This document shows, piece by piece, positions 12,231 through 31,613 of a DNA stretch of 64,000 nucleotides (positions are counted from its first letter, which is position 1; each line of letters begins with the position of its first letter). A program made the translations under genes and the position numbers. The notes beneath the pieces were generated by a model. It was given only the letters and a program-made list of their open reading frames with translations. It was not told where the DNA came from and did no database searches. The stretch is from Macrostomum lignano (taxonomy: Eukaryota), in assembly GCA_002269645.1 (NCBI GenBank), contig NIVC01003895.1:7018-71017 (forward strand). The letters run 5' to 3'.

Positions 12231-14343
12231 CGGGAACTTCTCATAGACCCCTGCAGACCACGTCTAAGAAGTGGCAAAAATTTGAGCTCCTGTCAATCCA
12301 TTGTTGGATTGGGGCGTCGCTAAATTGCCGCGAGGAGATCTCTTAAAACAGCGGATGCTGGAAACAAAGTCGCGTCCGACTGTCCGAACACTTTTCCAAC
12401 TATCTGACTCCCTGAAATAAGCTGTCTAAATCTCCGGATCAAAGTTCTTTGCTGCTTGTTAATTGCGCGTCGAATGTGCTGAACTGCTTTTTCTTAAAAA
12501 ATGCAGAAAAACCCACTGGCAAATTTGTTGTTTAAACAGAACAGTACTGTTTTTGTCGAAGGCATCGCTTAATTACAGCAAAAGCCAACATACTCATCTA
12601 CAAGATGCTTTTTTCAGCGCATTGGTTGCTGCATGATGTGTTCCGATTGAATGTTGAAAGATGCATTTAACTACTTTTTGAAGAGACCGCTGTTTTCGAT
12701 ATTCTTTTTGAATTAGTACACGTGCATGATGTCAGGTAAACAAGCAAATACGAGCAACACAATCAATTTTCTCAGTGGCTAAATTATTAAAGCACTATTG
12801 TTTTAAATTGCTTTCAGTTCGTGTAAAAAACAAAAATGTGTTTTTCAAAAAGTTCTTTTCAGAAAATATTCAGGTAAGGTATGACAGCTATTATTTACTT
12901 CAGAAATGTAATGAGCACTACATTTGAGAGCCAGCAAGTGTTTAAAAAGCATCTGACATTTTGTTGATTAACCATTATCTCATGTAAAGGAATAGTAATA
13001 TTGATAGTATGATGGGTTCGGCCTTTTTAAGCCTACAGCTTCAGGCCTCAGAACTCAGAAATGAATCACTTAGAACTCTGGCCTCTTACTCCTGTCAGAT
13101 GGTCAGCCCCATGGTAGCTAGATTGTGGGCGAGCAGCAAGGTCCTATAGCTAAGAGAAGACAGCGAGAGACAAGCAGGGAGAATTTGAAAGGTAGAGATT
13201 AGCTAATCCGCAGATCAACTAACCCGCTGCCACCAGCCCGTGCGCCCCGGCTCACCAAACCGGAGCTATCGAAATCGGACTTCCGACTAGAGGGGCACTG
13301 CACTTACCTGCCATCTAGTGTCTTTTAGCTGTCTAAATCTCGAAAAGTGATAGCTGAATAGAAGGGACGCTGCTGGGACTAAGATCGCATTGGCCATGCA
13401 GGGACAGAGAGGACTTTTGCAGGGGGTTCTTGCGCTGGCGAGCCTTCATACACTACTAAAAGTACTATTTAATTACCAAATTTCCAGAAGTACATGTACA
13501 AGTACACGTAACTGCACGCTTTTGGCACTAAATGTGTTAACACGTCGACAGATAGCGATGATGTAGATGCATTGTTACTTTTGGAGACCGTTAGACTAAT
13601 ATTTAACTTTGTTTAGCCGCTTAGCTGCCTGAGACTGCACGAAAGTGCCAGTCTGGCACTGAATTCGCATGCTTATCATGATTTCTGAGATCAACTGATT
13701 GACTGGGAACTGCGCCGCTTCCGGTCCACTGTGACCCCTGCCTCTAGATCTAGTCGCTCATCTCAGCTGGCATTGCGAAGAAAGAAAGAACACGCTAAGT
13801 CTTTAATTTCCAGATTTAACTTTCTCACTTAATCCGCAATCCTTGACACTTTAGATTGAGTTGGAGCGAATGGCTACTTTTAATATTAACTGACACTTCT
13901 GCCTCGAGATTGGCACACAAAAGCAAGTAAGCAAAAGTGCAAATCCTATCGGACTACCTAGGAAGGGGTCAGACAAAGGGCGCACCCAGTTAAGCAGGTC
14001 AAGAGAGCCTCTCACCAAACCAATCAGAGGACCTATCTGCCGGTAGCCAAGGAATCCACAGAGACCGAAGCGCTCAGACGGGATGCTGCTGCCGATCTTA
14101 ACTGATGCGTGACGCCGTTGCTCTTCACTTGCCGGTGGTTGACGCTGCTCTTAGCTCACGGCCAGGAAGTACTGACGATGCCTTTCAGGGGGGTCTTGGC
14201 TGTAGTAGCCGAAGTTGCCGGGGGAAAAAGGACCAGACGTCGAAGACGCTGCAGAAGCCGACGGGGATCAGGTTGGCAGGTCTGGCCAAGGCCAAGGCAA
14301 GGAAAACGACCGGGTTTACTAGAGCGCGGGTCGAGTTGCCGCC

Positions 14344-14476
14344 TTTTATAGCTCTCACGAGGCCGATTTGTTATAACGCACGCCGAATTTTCCGATTGGC
14401 TGAGAGCTTAAAATAGGCGCCGAATCTTCTGATTGGTCGAGCCGGGGGCAGTCAGGTCGTCTCTGATTAGCTGAGC
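14344..14476 (-). promoter_or_regulatory. Pol II promoter-like module: TATAAAA plus tandem CCAAT repeats
   Basis: Minus-strand TATAAAA at 14350-14344, CCAAT at 14399-14395 and 14436-14432, and a degenerate third copy at 14470-14466, in ~35-bp repeats (cgccgaatYttcYgattgg). Confidence 0.45.
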
Positions 14477-15051
14477 TCAAGACCCCAAAACCCACCCCAC
14501 CAGGTGGCCTTCAGACCACAGGAAAGATGACAGGTGCGGTCATAAATCATGCGCAAAACATAATAAAAGCCACTTGTCTAGACATCCTGGCGCCAAAAGT
14601 GACAGCAAAACACCCATAAATTAAAGGAGAAAGTAACAGAGCGAGTGGGGAGAAAGCTAGAAAGACCTCTTTGACCCAGAAAGGCTGGAGCCAAAAGTGA
14701 CAGCTAGACGGCCATAAATCACTGAAATCAGTGAAAAAGCCGCAAATCTGGGGTCAGAATGGGGTTGAAACCATTCCTCCCAGACTTGTGTCGCCCGTCT
14801 AGACTGCTAGAGGTCAATCCGTCTCAAACCCAGACAGTCTGACCTTCAAAGATGCGTAAACAATCCAAAATTAGAATCCTAAGAGAAGTACATTGAGTAT
14901 TTATCATAATTAATAGTGATAGCATAAATTAGTGTAGAACTTAGCCTGGGTGAGAGAATGGAGAGAGATTCCTAAGCTAGCCTACTGACAGTAGGGGAAA
15001 AGCGCATCGAAACGAAATGTGCGGTTTTAAGATTGAAAAAAGATGCGTCCT

Positions 15052-15369
15052 CATCAAATAATAATGATACTGATTACACCTGCCCCAGTGGGCAGATGTG
15101 CAATCGACAGCTCGATCAGCCGCAGCTATTGCGCGGCGCATCTGAAGGCTGCGTACGGCTGTTTAGTCTAAGGACTGGGGTGTCGGGTCGCCACACACCC
15201 TCAATTACCCCAGCTAATGCTGGCACCTATTTTACGGCTGGGAGGACTGAACCAATGCAGAGTTAAGTGTCTTGCTCAAGGACACAAATTGTTTCGAGTT
15301 GGTCGAGAATCGAACCCCCGACCTTTTAGTCGTGAGTCCGACGCTCTAACCACTATAGGCTACAACCCC
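15052..15369 (-). mobile_element. tRNA-derived SINE with V-domain-like core
   Basis: Minus strand: GTAGCCTATAGTGG (A-box-like), GGTTCGATTCTC (B box), core TGTGTCCTTGAGCAAGACACTTAAC as in V-SINE/MetaSINE families, short (ATT)n tail. Confidence 0.75.
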
Positions 15370-15495
15370 AAAGGAAAGTGCTCGTGATAGAATGGATTAT
15401 CGCATGTGATCATTTAGGCATGCAATAACGATAAAAAGTTTCGATGTTGGACTCGTGTATTGTTCAGCGCTTAAAGAATTGCAGACTAAGGTGCC

Positions 15496-16685
15496 TTACA
15501 CACCTGACTTTGGAATCAGATTCTTGCACCAGCTGCTGAGTCCATCGAGCTGCTGCAGATCGAACAGACCCTCCGCAATGGCAAAGCATTCAATCCAGCC
15601 TTGAATCGAGTTCTGAAACCGTGGAAATTTTCCCGAACTATTAATGAACCGTCGCTTCTTCTGCTCATACGGATCGTCGAAGCGAAAGATGAGCTTGTCT
15701 TTTTCAGGATCAAACAACACCAGGCTTGCGAAACCTCCAAAACTGCAATTGTGCAGGCTGAAAACCACCGAGCGTGCAGCACTGCAAGCGATGGGTTCGG
15801 AAAGCAAATGTGCGGTTGGTGGCAAACACTTTAAAATTCTTATTTGCAACCAATGCAACTACACTTTTATGTTACAGATGTACTTTCTAAAGTACTCACC
15901 TCGAGTTGAATTCGTACTTGGCTCGCATGAACACGGTTACGTTGGGCTCGGGCACAAACAGGTCCTCGATTCCGTTGGCCGTGCTCACACCGATGAAGGA
16001 GTCAGACTCTCCCGTCACGAACGCGCCCGCAGACCTGTTGAGCACAGCCGACACGAGCACCGGAGTGTGCGGATTCCGGTGCACAGGCGCCAGGTTGAAC
16101 GAGCCCACACGGAAGTGGTACAGAATCCGCAGCGAGCTCACCGCGATGCTGCTGGGCAGGTCGGTCGTGTGAGCTGCAATTCGATAACGATGTGAGTACA
16201 GCTGCAGTCACGCACTGCATGGGCACAGCTGCAGTCACACACTGCATGGGCACAGCTGCAGTCACACACTGCATGGGCACAGCTGCAGTCACGCACTGCA
16301 TTGGCACAGCTGCAGTCACTCATGACTTCTCACCCTGCTGGAACTTTGCCAGCCTTCGCCTGTTCACAAACGAGTCGCACTGGCCGTGTCCGTACAGCCA
16401 TGCAGTGAGGAAGGCCTCGGCAGTCGCCAGCAGACACCAGTGATGCTCAGCGACCATGCTGGCAGCTGCACAGCTCTCTGTCGTGTGGCAGCTCAGCACG
16501 CAGCCAGCGATGCTGCGTTCAGGCAGTTGATGAGGATCCAGCTTCCGCACTCCATCAGCGGGCAGGTCGTCAGACGGACAGGCGTGCAGTTTGTCGTAGT
16601 CGGCGAGTCGGGACGCCGAGGAGACGGCGATGAGGCAGCAGAGCAGCGGCAGAAGATGGCGGAGAGAGCACGTCTTTTGGTTCAT
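15496..16685 (-). CDS. Secreted PAN/Apple + LamG/pentraxin-like protein, paralogue 1 (3 exons, ~322 aa)
   Basis: Exons 16685-16334, 16173-15900, ~15838-15496 (969 bp; last acceptor weak). GTGAG donors with matching phases. Signal peptide, PAN Cys pattern GCVLSCHTTESC...WCLL, LamG-like end IQGWIECFAI...LSSWC. Confidence 0.72.
16197..16319. repeat. 27-bp intronic minisatellite (acagctgcagtcacacactgcatgggc), ~4.5 units
   Basis: Inside intron 1 of paralogue 1; same family as 33745-34292. Confidence 0.9.
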
Positions 16686-17161
16686 TTTATTAGAAAACAG
16701 ACGAATAAATTCGTCCGCTTTGGTTGGGTTTTCAGGCGACTTTGGAATGTCAGATACTGCTCTGCGGAAGCAAAAAACTTTTTTAGTAAGCAGCTTCGAG
16801 CAGCAGCTACTGGGTAGCCGTCAGAAAGACGTTTTGCTAGTGGGCATCATCAATTTTGCATCAATTTTTGTGAAAAAAATCGTTTCCTTACACACTATTC
16901 CTTCTTTCAGACCACAGCTGCATTCTTTCTAGGAAAAGTTTTCGGCTTAGCTTTCTAATATCGATTTTGGAGTTGCTTTCCAGAAAGTTGGCATGCGGAC
17001 GGAATTTCCGGCCACAGGCATTGTACGTACAACGACTTAACTCAGGAAACGGTTTAGTGTACTCATTGCCAAGATGAGGTAAAGACGGATGCTGGAAACA
17101 AAGTCGCTTCTCATTCTACTAATGTCGTTTCCTGAATGACTTGTTGCTTCTTTGCTGATCC

Positions 17162-23642
<6,481 letters not shown>

Positions 23643-24213
23643 TTTTTAGCGAGTGTCGGATCAATAATTCAAACTTCAATACCTTGGCAGCTAGTAATGT
23701 ACTCATGCTTCTTAATACTAGAACAGTTAATAGGATTTCATTTTGTTCAGAAAGTGTAAACTTTGTTTCATAAGGACAAAAACTTACAACTAGCATGCAG
23801 AAAAGATGACGGTAGCTTTTATAAACTCCAGTGGCAAGAAACTGCTCTATCGAATATGTTCTGACTGCATGCAAACATTGGAATATTCCGCTGTTTGCAT
23901 TTATCAAACACGCGAGACTTCCTGCCTTGCTTCAGAGTTTAATAACAGCTGACAGCTGACCTGAATTGGTTTTTTTCTGATAGGGTAGTTGGTATAGCTG
24001 GCGGATATGAAAACATCCAACTGCTGCAATGTTTCACGGCTTTTGGTTGTCAAGGAGTAGAATTTCAGGAAGCAATGTTGTGTTTGATGAGGCACCTGAT
24101 TCTTCCCCGCGAACCAGCATCCCCCAGTCTTTCACTTCATCCTACACGGAAATTTCGGCGCGCATTTTTGTCTTATTTGTCTTTACGTTCCCTGACGTAT
24201 CCTTAGGCCCTCG

Positions 24214-24535
24214 GGCAGTCACGCACTGCATGGGCTCAGCTGTGCTCAAACACTGACTTATGCAGAAATGCAGGAATGACGGAGCATGACTTCTCACCCT
24301 GCTGGAACTTTGCCAGCCTCCGCCTGTTCACAAACGAGTCACACTGGCCGTGTCCGCGCAGCCATGCAGTGAGGAAAGCCTCGGCAGTCGCCAGCAGACA
24401 CCAGCGATGCTCAGCGACCATGCTGGCAGCTGCACAGCTCTGTCGTGTGGCAGCTCAGCACGCAGCCAGCGATGCTTTGGTCAGGCAGTTGATGAGGCTC
24501 CAGCTTCCGCACTCCATCAGCGGGCAGATCGTTTG
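24214..24535 (-). pseudogene. Fragment of a third PAN/LamG paralogue (3' half of exon 1 plus start of intron 1)
   Basis: Near-identical to 16320-16565. Lacks the signal peptide and exons 2-3. A remnant of the 27-bp minisatellite sits at 24214-24245. Confidence 0.8.
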
Positions 24536-24649
24536 ACACATAGACAAGCAGTAGCTGTTGGTGTGGTGTAAAAGTGTTTTGTAACTACTGGCAGTCTTCT
24601 TGTTGGTATGCATGCCTATCTCTTATTTTCCCAGTTGTATACATCACTT

Positions 24650-25010
24650 CCATACATATGTCTATGTAGGTATCTATCAATGTGTGCGATCGATTTCAGA
24701 AAAAAAACGGCTCAACCGATTTTTCTCAAACTTACACGATTCAATCACAAATTTTCCCGTGACGGCAGCTACATGTTTCGTAGATAAGAAATTGCATGAA
24801 TTATTGCACTGGCTGAGAAAAGGATTATTGCACTTTATGAGTAAAATATTATTGCACTAGCTGAGGAAATTTTGCACTAGCTACTTGCTATTTGGGGGAT
24901 GCTTGCTGTCTGGGAGATGCTTTCTATTTACGGGGAATGTCTGCTATCTTTGTGAAGGCTTTATTTTATTTTCTCCTTTTGTTACTTTTAGAAATAAAAG
25001 AGATTCATAC
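24650..25010 (+). mobile_element. Old, internally deleted relative of the Helitron family
   Basis: Contains diverged 5' (gatttcagaaaaaaaacggctcaaccgattttt) and 3' (ctagctacttgctatttgggggatgcttgc, tttgtgaaggc) pieces of the family. Confidence 0.65.
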
Positions 25011-25057
25011 ATAGCAAACATCTTCGTCCGTGACAAGTTTAATTAAAAAAGGTCATT

Positions 25058-28000
25058 TCCTATATACTAAAAATGAAATGTGTGTCTCTGTGAGATAGAT
25101 TTCAGAAAAAACGGCTTAACCGATTTTCTTCAAACTTGCACCATTCGATCAGAAATTTTCCTGGGACGGTACATGCATCTTGGCTAAGAAATTGCTCAAT
25201 TTTAAAGGGATTAAATATTCGAAAAACATGCTTGTTTGCAAAGGTCAAGCAGCTCTTTCGACCTGAAATGCATTGTAAGAATGCTAGAGAAAAAACTGAC
25301 TGACTGAATTCTGATTCTGACAAAGATTGCATCACAACAAGTTGAAAACAGTGCCGAAGAAATGCACACACGACTTGAATGAAATTGCGTAACCATATTG
25401 GCAACTTAAATTGAGACTGATTCTGGCTGACTGAGAAATTGATTATGTCATAACTTTTTACTCCAATTGACTTGCTGTAAGAATTGAATTATAAGGGCCA
25501 CAATTTATGTTCTCCAATTGAAAAAGATAGCCCAGATGCGAACAGACTGGAATGCTAATGTAGCGACTTGGGTTCGAATCTTAGTAGGGCAAAAAAGATT
25601 TTTTTTTATTAAAACACCTTAAAAACACAAAACTTCTAAACATAAAAGAAGCGCAATGTCAAACATAGAAGAGCCACCATGTCGAACATAAAAGAGCTAA
25701 CATATCGAATATTAAAGAGCCACCATGTCAAACCTAAACGAGCCACCATGTCTAATATTTAAGAGGCACCATATAAAACATATAAGTGACTTTATGTCAA
25801 ACATAAAAGAGCCACCATTTCTAACATTAAACAGCCACCATTTCGAACATTAAAGAGCCACCATGTCGAAAATAAAAGAGTCACTATTTCGAACATCAAA
25901 GAGCCACTATGTCAAACATTTAGGAGCCACTTTTTCGAACATTAAAGAGCCACCATGTCAAACATAAAAGAGCCAACATGTCAAACATAAAAGAGCCAAC
26001 ATGTCAAACATAAAGAGCCACCATGTCAAACATTTAAGAGCCACCATGTCAAACATATATGTGACTTTGTGTTAAACATTAAAGAGCCACCATTTCGAAC
26101 ATTAAAGAGCCACCATGTCAAACATGAAAGAGCTATAACATGAAGAATATTAAAGAGCCACCATGTCGAACATAAAAGAGCTGCCATGTAAAATAACAAA
26201 GAGCTACCAAGTTAAACATAAAAGAGCCACCATGTAAAACATTAAAGAGCCACCATGTGAAACATTAAAGAGCCACATTGTCAAACCTAGAAGAGCCACC
26301 ATGTCGAACATAACAGAGCTACCAAGTCAAACATTAAAGAGCCACCATGTCAAACATTCAAAAGTTACATTGTCAAACATTGAAGAGCCACTATGTCAAA
26401 CATTTAGGAGCCACTTTGTCGAACATTAAAGAGCCAACATGTCAGACATTAAAAAAGCCACCGTATCAAATAAAAAGAGTTAACATGTAGAACAAAAAAG
26501 AGCCACCATTTCGAACATAAAAGAGCCAACATGTCAAACATAAAGAGCCACCATGTCAAACATTTAAGAGCCACCATGTCAAACATATATGTGACTTTAT
26601 GTCAAACATTAAAGAGCCACCATTTCGGACATAACAGAGCTACCATGTAAAACATTAAAGAGCCACCATGTCAAACATTAAAGAGCCACCATGTCGAACA
26701 TAAAAGAGCCACCATGTCAAACCTAAAAGAGCCACCATGTCGATAATAAAAGAGCCACTATTTCGAACATTAAAGAGCCACCATTTCGAACATTAAAGAG
26801 CCACCATGTCGACCATAAAAGAGCCACTATTTCGAACATTAAATATCCACCATGTCAAACATAAAAGAGCCAACATGTCAAACATAAAAGAGCCAACATG
26901 TCAAACATAAAGAGCCACCATGTCGAAAATGAAAGAGCCACTATTTCGAACATTAAAGAGCCACCATTTCGAACATTAAAGAGCCACCATGTCGACCATA
27001 AAAGAGCCACCATGTCAAACATGAAAGAGCTATAACATGAAGAATATTAAAGAGCCACCATGTCGAACATTAAAGAGCCACCATGTCGAACATTTAAGAG
27101 CCACCATGTTAAACCTAAAAGAGCCACCATGTTAAACCTAAAAGAGCCACCATGTTAAACCTAAAAGAGCCACCATGTTAAACCTAAAAGAGCCACCATG
27201 TCAAACCTAAAAGAGCCACTATTTCGAACATATAAGTGACTTTATGTCAAACATTAAAGAGCCACCATGTCAAACATTAAAGAGCCACCATGTAAAACAA
27301 AAGAGCCACCATTTCGAACATTAAAGAGCCACCATGTCAAACATTTAAGAGCCACCATGTTAAACATAAAAGAGCCACTATGTTGAACATTAAACAGCCA
27401 TCATGTCAAACCTAAAAGATCCACAATTTCGAACACTTAAGAGCCACAATGTAGAATATTAAAGAGCTACCATGTCAAACATTTAAGAGCCACCATGTCA
27501 AACATTTAAGAGCCACCACGTAAAACATTAAAGAGCCACCATTTGAAACATTAAAGAGTCACCATGTCAAACATTTAAGAGCCACCATGTCAAACATTTA
27601 AGAGCCACCATGTCAAACCTAAAAGAGCCACCATGTCAAACCTAAAAGAGCCACCATGTCGAACATAAAAGAGCCACCATGTCAAACCTAAAAGAGCCAC
27701 CATGTCGAACATAAAAGAGCTATACCATGAAAAAAATTAAAGAGCCACTATCTCGAACATTAAAGAGCCACCATGTCAAACATTTAAGAGCCACCATGTC
27801 AAACATTTAAGAGCCACCATGTCAAACCTAAAAGAGCCACCATGTCAAACCTAAAAGAGCCACCATGTCAAACCTAAAAGAGCCACCATGTCGAACATAA
27901 AAGAGCTATACCATGAAAAACATTAAAGAGCCACTTTCTCGAACATTAAGGAGCCACCATGTCAAACATTTAAAAGCCACCTTGTCAAACATTAAATAGC

Positions 28001-28882
28001 CACTTTGTCGAACATTAAAGAGTCACTGTGTCAAACATAAAAGAGCCACTGTTTCAAACATAAAAGAGCCACCAGGTTAAACATTAAAGAGCCACCATGT
28101 CAAACAATAAAGAGGCACCATGTCAAACATAAAAGAGCCACCATGTCTGACATTAAAAAGCCATCGTTTCAAACATAAAACAGTTGCCATGTAGAACTTA
28201 AAACAGCCACCATGTCAAACATAAAATTTATACAATTTCAAACATAAAAGTAAGCGAATTTTAAAGGAGCCACTATAATGCTAAGGAAATTATCGCACTA
28301 GCTACTTATTGTCTGGTGGATGCTTGCTATTTGGGGATGCTATCTATGTAGGGGATGCTTGCTATCTGGCGGATGCTTGCTATCTGGGGGATGCTTGCTA
28401 TCTGGGGGATGCTTGCTATCTGGGGGTTGCTTGTAATCTGGAAGATGCCTGCTATCTGGCGGATGCTTGCTATCTGGGGGATGCTTGCTATCTGGGGGAT
28501 GCTTGCTATCTGGGGGATGCTTGCTATCTGGGGGATGCTTGCTATCTGGGGGTTGCTTGTAATCTGGAAGATGCTTGCTATCTGGCGGATGCTTGCTATC
28601 TGGAAGATGCTTGCTATCTGGCGGATGCTTGCTATCTGGGGATGCTTGCTATCTGGGGGATGCTTGCTATCTGGGGGATGCTTGCTATCTGGGGGTTGCT
28701 TGTAATCTGGAAGATGCTTGCTATCTGGGGGATGCTTGCTGTCTTGGGATGATTTCTTTTTGCTTCCTTTGAGTATTTTGTCTGTTTTTTTTTGTGAAGG
28801 CCTTTTTTGGCTATCTTTTTGTTACTTGTAGAGAACAGAGGTTCTATACAGATGTCCCCCAACGGGGGGCGAAGATTGCTAG
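25058..28882 (+). mobile_element. Non-autonomous Helitron, copy D (3825 bp)
   Basis: 5' TCCTATATACTAAAAATG; 3' GC hairpin cccccaacggggg then GATTGCTAG; no TSD (T|T site). Internal 23-bp array (~25660-28230) and 18-bp array (~28310-28745). Confidence 0.88.
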
Positions 28883-29550
28883 TATAAAACTGAAGAAGGA
28901 ACTGGTTCTTTAAAAAAAGTAGCATAAAAGCATAAATAATTATTGTTTCATGCTTATTGGCCGCCCCAAAGGTTGTTAGTATCATCTAAACCTGTTGCAT
29001 AACAGGACATCGTCTTTGGGTTTAGGCTAATGAGACATACATTTAAAAATCATGAATTTGATATTTCAGTACTTCATGACATATTCACTTAGTTATATAG
29101 ACTTTCGGTTCCTGGCATGAAGAAATGTTTTCTGGGAATAAAACTCGAGTTTTATAATATCAATTTGTTTATGCTTAGTCAAGCTAGGAGAAATTAAATG
29201 CAATGGTAGATCTCCTTCCAGTATTCTTCACTCGATTGTACGCGCACTCATTAACCCCAGATCAGAGTTTGCAGACCGCGGCATCTCTTAGGCGGGTCAG
29301 CTAGGTAGCACAATGGCATGGCTCTTTTTAGGGGTTTACAGCCCCAGGCCCTGACCGATGCTTTTGTGTGCTGCGAGACGAACTGTACGCGCGGCTATTG
29401 TACCCGAGCAGTTTTAGTGTGCAGCCAGCTCTTACTCACTGTTCTTTTCTAACTTGTATTTAAGCGTCGAGCCAGTGCACAGTTAGCAAGATAACTACTT
29501 TTGAGAAATTTTTGTGCGTTTCTTCGTTAACAATAAGATAGAGAGACTCA

Positions 29551-31089
29551 ATGGCTGAATCAGTTGATGGTGGAGTCGAGGTCCGGTCCATGCAAACGGT
29601 GCTTGGCTTCGAAGATGAAGGTAATTCAACCAACGACGCCTACAACGTTGTTGTGAAAGACCATGGAACAAAGTCTGGCATGAAATACGACAGTGTCTGC
29701 ATCACTCCGGCTGCTGAACTCACTTACGATGAGTTGCCTGAGAAGACACTGCAGGTGCTATTCACCAAGGAAGAGCAGCACGACGGACTCAGCTATGCAA
29801 CCATTGCTGTCCATGAAACCCCGGTAGAGTACAATGAATCTACCACCATGTCGAGGATCGTCCACCTAAGAGGTAGCAAAAGATCGACTCTCGATGCGGA
29901 TGGTCAAAAACAGGAAGGTGTGATCGCCTCCGACTCTGATACCCAAAACAGCATTCGATATGGACGCGTGCCTGATTCAGGTGGATCAAGTCAACAGTTC
30001 GGAGTCATGGAATCCAATCCCGAGGCTCACATGGGAATAAGGACAGGAGCTTCAAGCAACGACGAACAAGAGGGCGTCTTCGCATCCGACCCTGAAGCTT
30101 TAAAGTACATCAAGTTCGGTCCGAAGCCTGGAGCGAAAGCCAGTGGAGCGTCGAGCAATGACGAGCAGGAGGGCATCTTTGCCTCAGACCCTGAAGCTCT
30201 AAAATACATCAAGTTCGGTCCGAAAGACGGTGCCTCGAGCAACGACGAGCAGGAAGGCATCTTTGCGTCGGACCCGGAGGCCATGAAGTACATCAAGTTA
30301 GGTCCGAAGTCTGGAGCGAAAGCTAGTGGAGTGTTGAGCATTGGCGAGCAAGAAGGCATCTTCGCGTCAGACCCCGAAGCTCTAAAGTTAATCAAGTTCG
30401 GTCCGAAAGACGGTGCCTCGAACAACGACGAACAAGAGGGCGTCTTCGCATCCGACCCTGAAGCTCTGAAGTACATCAAGTTCGGTCCGAAGCCTGGAGC
30501 TAAAGTCAGTGGAGCGTCGAGCAATGACGAGCAAGAGGGCATCTTCGCATCCGACCCTGAAGCTCTGAAGTACATCAAGTTTGGCCCGAAGCCCGGAACG
30601 TCAAGCAACGACGAGCCGGAGGGTATCTTTGCGTCAGATCCAGAAGCCCTGAAGTACATCAAGTTCGGTCCAAAACCTGAAGCTAAAGCCACTGGAGCGT
30701 CAAGCAATGACAAGCAGGAAGGCATCTTTGCGTCCGACCCGGAGGATTTAAAGTACTTTAAGCTCAGTCCTGAGCCTGCAAAGCAAGAGGAGAATCCACC
30801 AAAGGATCAAAAAGTTGTAGAATTCGGTACGGAAGCCCAGTCGGCTACGCTTGAAGAAGGCGAATTTGTAGCCGAGGCGACTGGTGTGCAACTCAAAGAC
30901 GAAAAGACCTACACGGTGAGGGTCACTGGTCACGATCTGCCCAATGGCCAACAGAAGAAATTCATCTCCGTGCGCAGCGCCGACGGAAGCGGAGGCCTGA
31001 CGCCCCAGGAGGTCGACAACTTGGATGTCAAAGTGGAAACTTGCGTTGGAGAAGACGGAATGGTGGAGAAGTTCGTTGTGGTTGAGTAG
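29551..31089 (+). CDS. Uncharacterised 512-aa protein with EGIFASDPEALKYIKFGPK repeats
   Basis: Long uninterrupted ORF with non-repetitive N- and C-termini. 8 conserved and 2 degenerate repeats differ mostly at synonymous positions. Confidence 0.8.
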   Translation: MAESVDGGVEVRSMQTVLGFEDEGNSTNDAYNVVVKDHGTKSGMKYDSVCITPAAELTYDELPEKTLQVLFTKEEQHDGLSYATIAVHETPVEYNESTTMSRIVHLRGSKRSTLDADGQKQEGVIASDSDTQNSIRYGRVPDSGGSSQQFGVMESNPEAHMGIRTGASSNDEQEGVFASDPEALKYIKFGPKPGAKASGASSNDEQEGIFASDPEALKYIKFGPKDGASSNDEQEGIFASDPEAMKYIKLGPKSGAKASGVLSIGEQEGIFASDPEALKLIKFGPKDGASNNDEQEGVFASDPEALKYIKFGPKPGAKVSGASSNDEQEGIFASDPEALKYIKFGPKPGTSSNDEPEGIFASDPEALKYIKFGPKPEAKATGASSNDKQEGIFASDPEDLKYFKLSPEPAKQEENPPKDQKVVEFGTEAQSATLEEGEFVAEATGVQLKDEKTYTVRVTGHDLPNGQQKKFISVRSADGSGGLTPQEVDNLDVKVETCVGEDGMVEKFVVVE

Positions 31090-31613
31090 GCCTTGTCTGG
31101 TTTGCTTCTGTGTGAGGGAGATTGTGTTGAAATCAAAACAAGCTTTTTTATTGTTTAACAACTGCATCTCGGAAAAATTACTGTACTCATTTTATTGTGT
31201 ATGAATTAACAAAGATCTGACAGTCATCTAGTTTCAATCAATGTTTGGGGATCGAAAAAGTCCTTGAAAAATATACCAATCCAACAAAACAAAATCTAAA
31301 ATGCTAAAATTTAAATATTTACCAATTAAGTGTTTTGTTTTAATCAGCAGATTGTTTCTAAGAGAAATCTTTGCGGCAATCCGTCCAGCTTTATCTGTAT
31401 GCATCGGATCTGTGAATGCAGTGCTGGTTGCACGATAGCACATGCGCAGCTAGACCAATCGGAAGCCAAACGAGGATGACAAATTGTCAAATTATTGGCT
31501 CCAAAAATGAGTAATAATTACTTGTAATTCTTCCATTCCGACGTGTCTCTTTATACAGTAAGTATGAGCACGATAGAAATTCTAGATTGCTGAAGCTTTA
31601 GATTGACAAAAAT

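Noticed and set aside
15300-15369. tRNA genes here, at 44381-44455 and at 25520-25590
   Set aside because: A/B boxes are present but no complete cloverleaf, and each is embedded in a SINE or Helitron.
30027-30725. 232-aa antisense ORF
   Set aside because: Shadow of the repetitive sense ORF.
30050-30760. YIKFG repeats as a YIRFamide-like neuropeptide precursor
   Set aside because: Gly is followed by Pro-Lys rather than a basic cleavage site, and the ORF has no signal peptide. Revisit only if an upstream signal exon is found.
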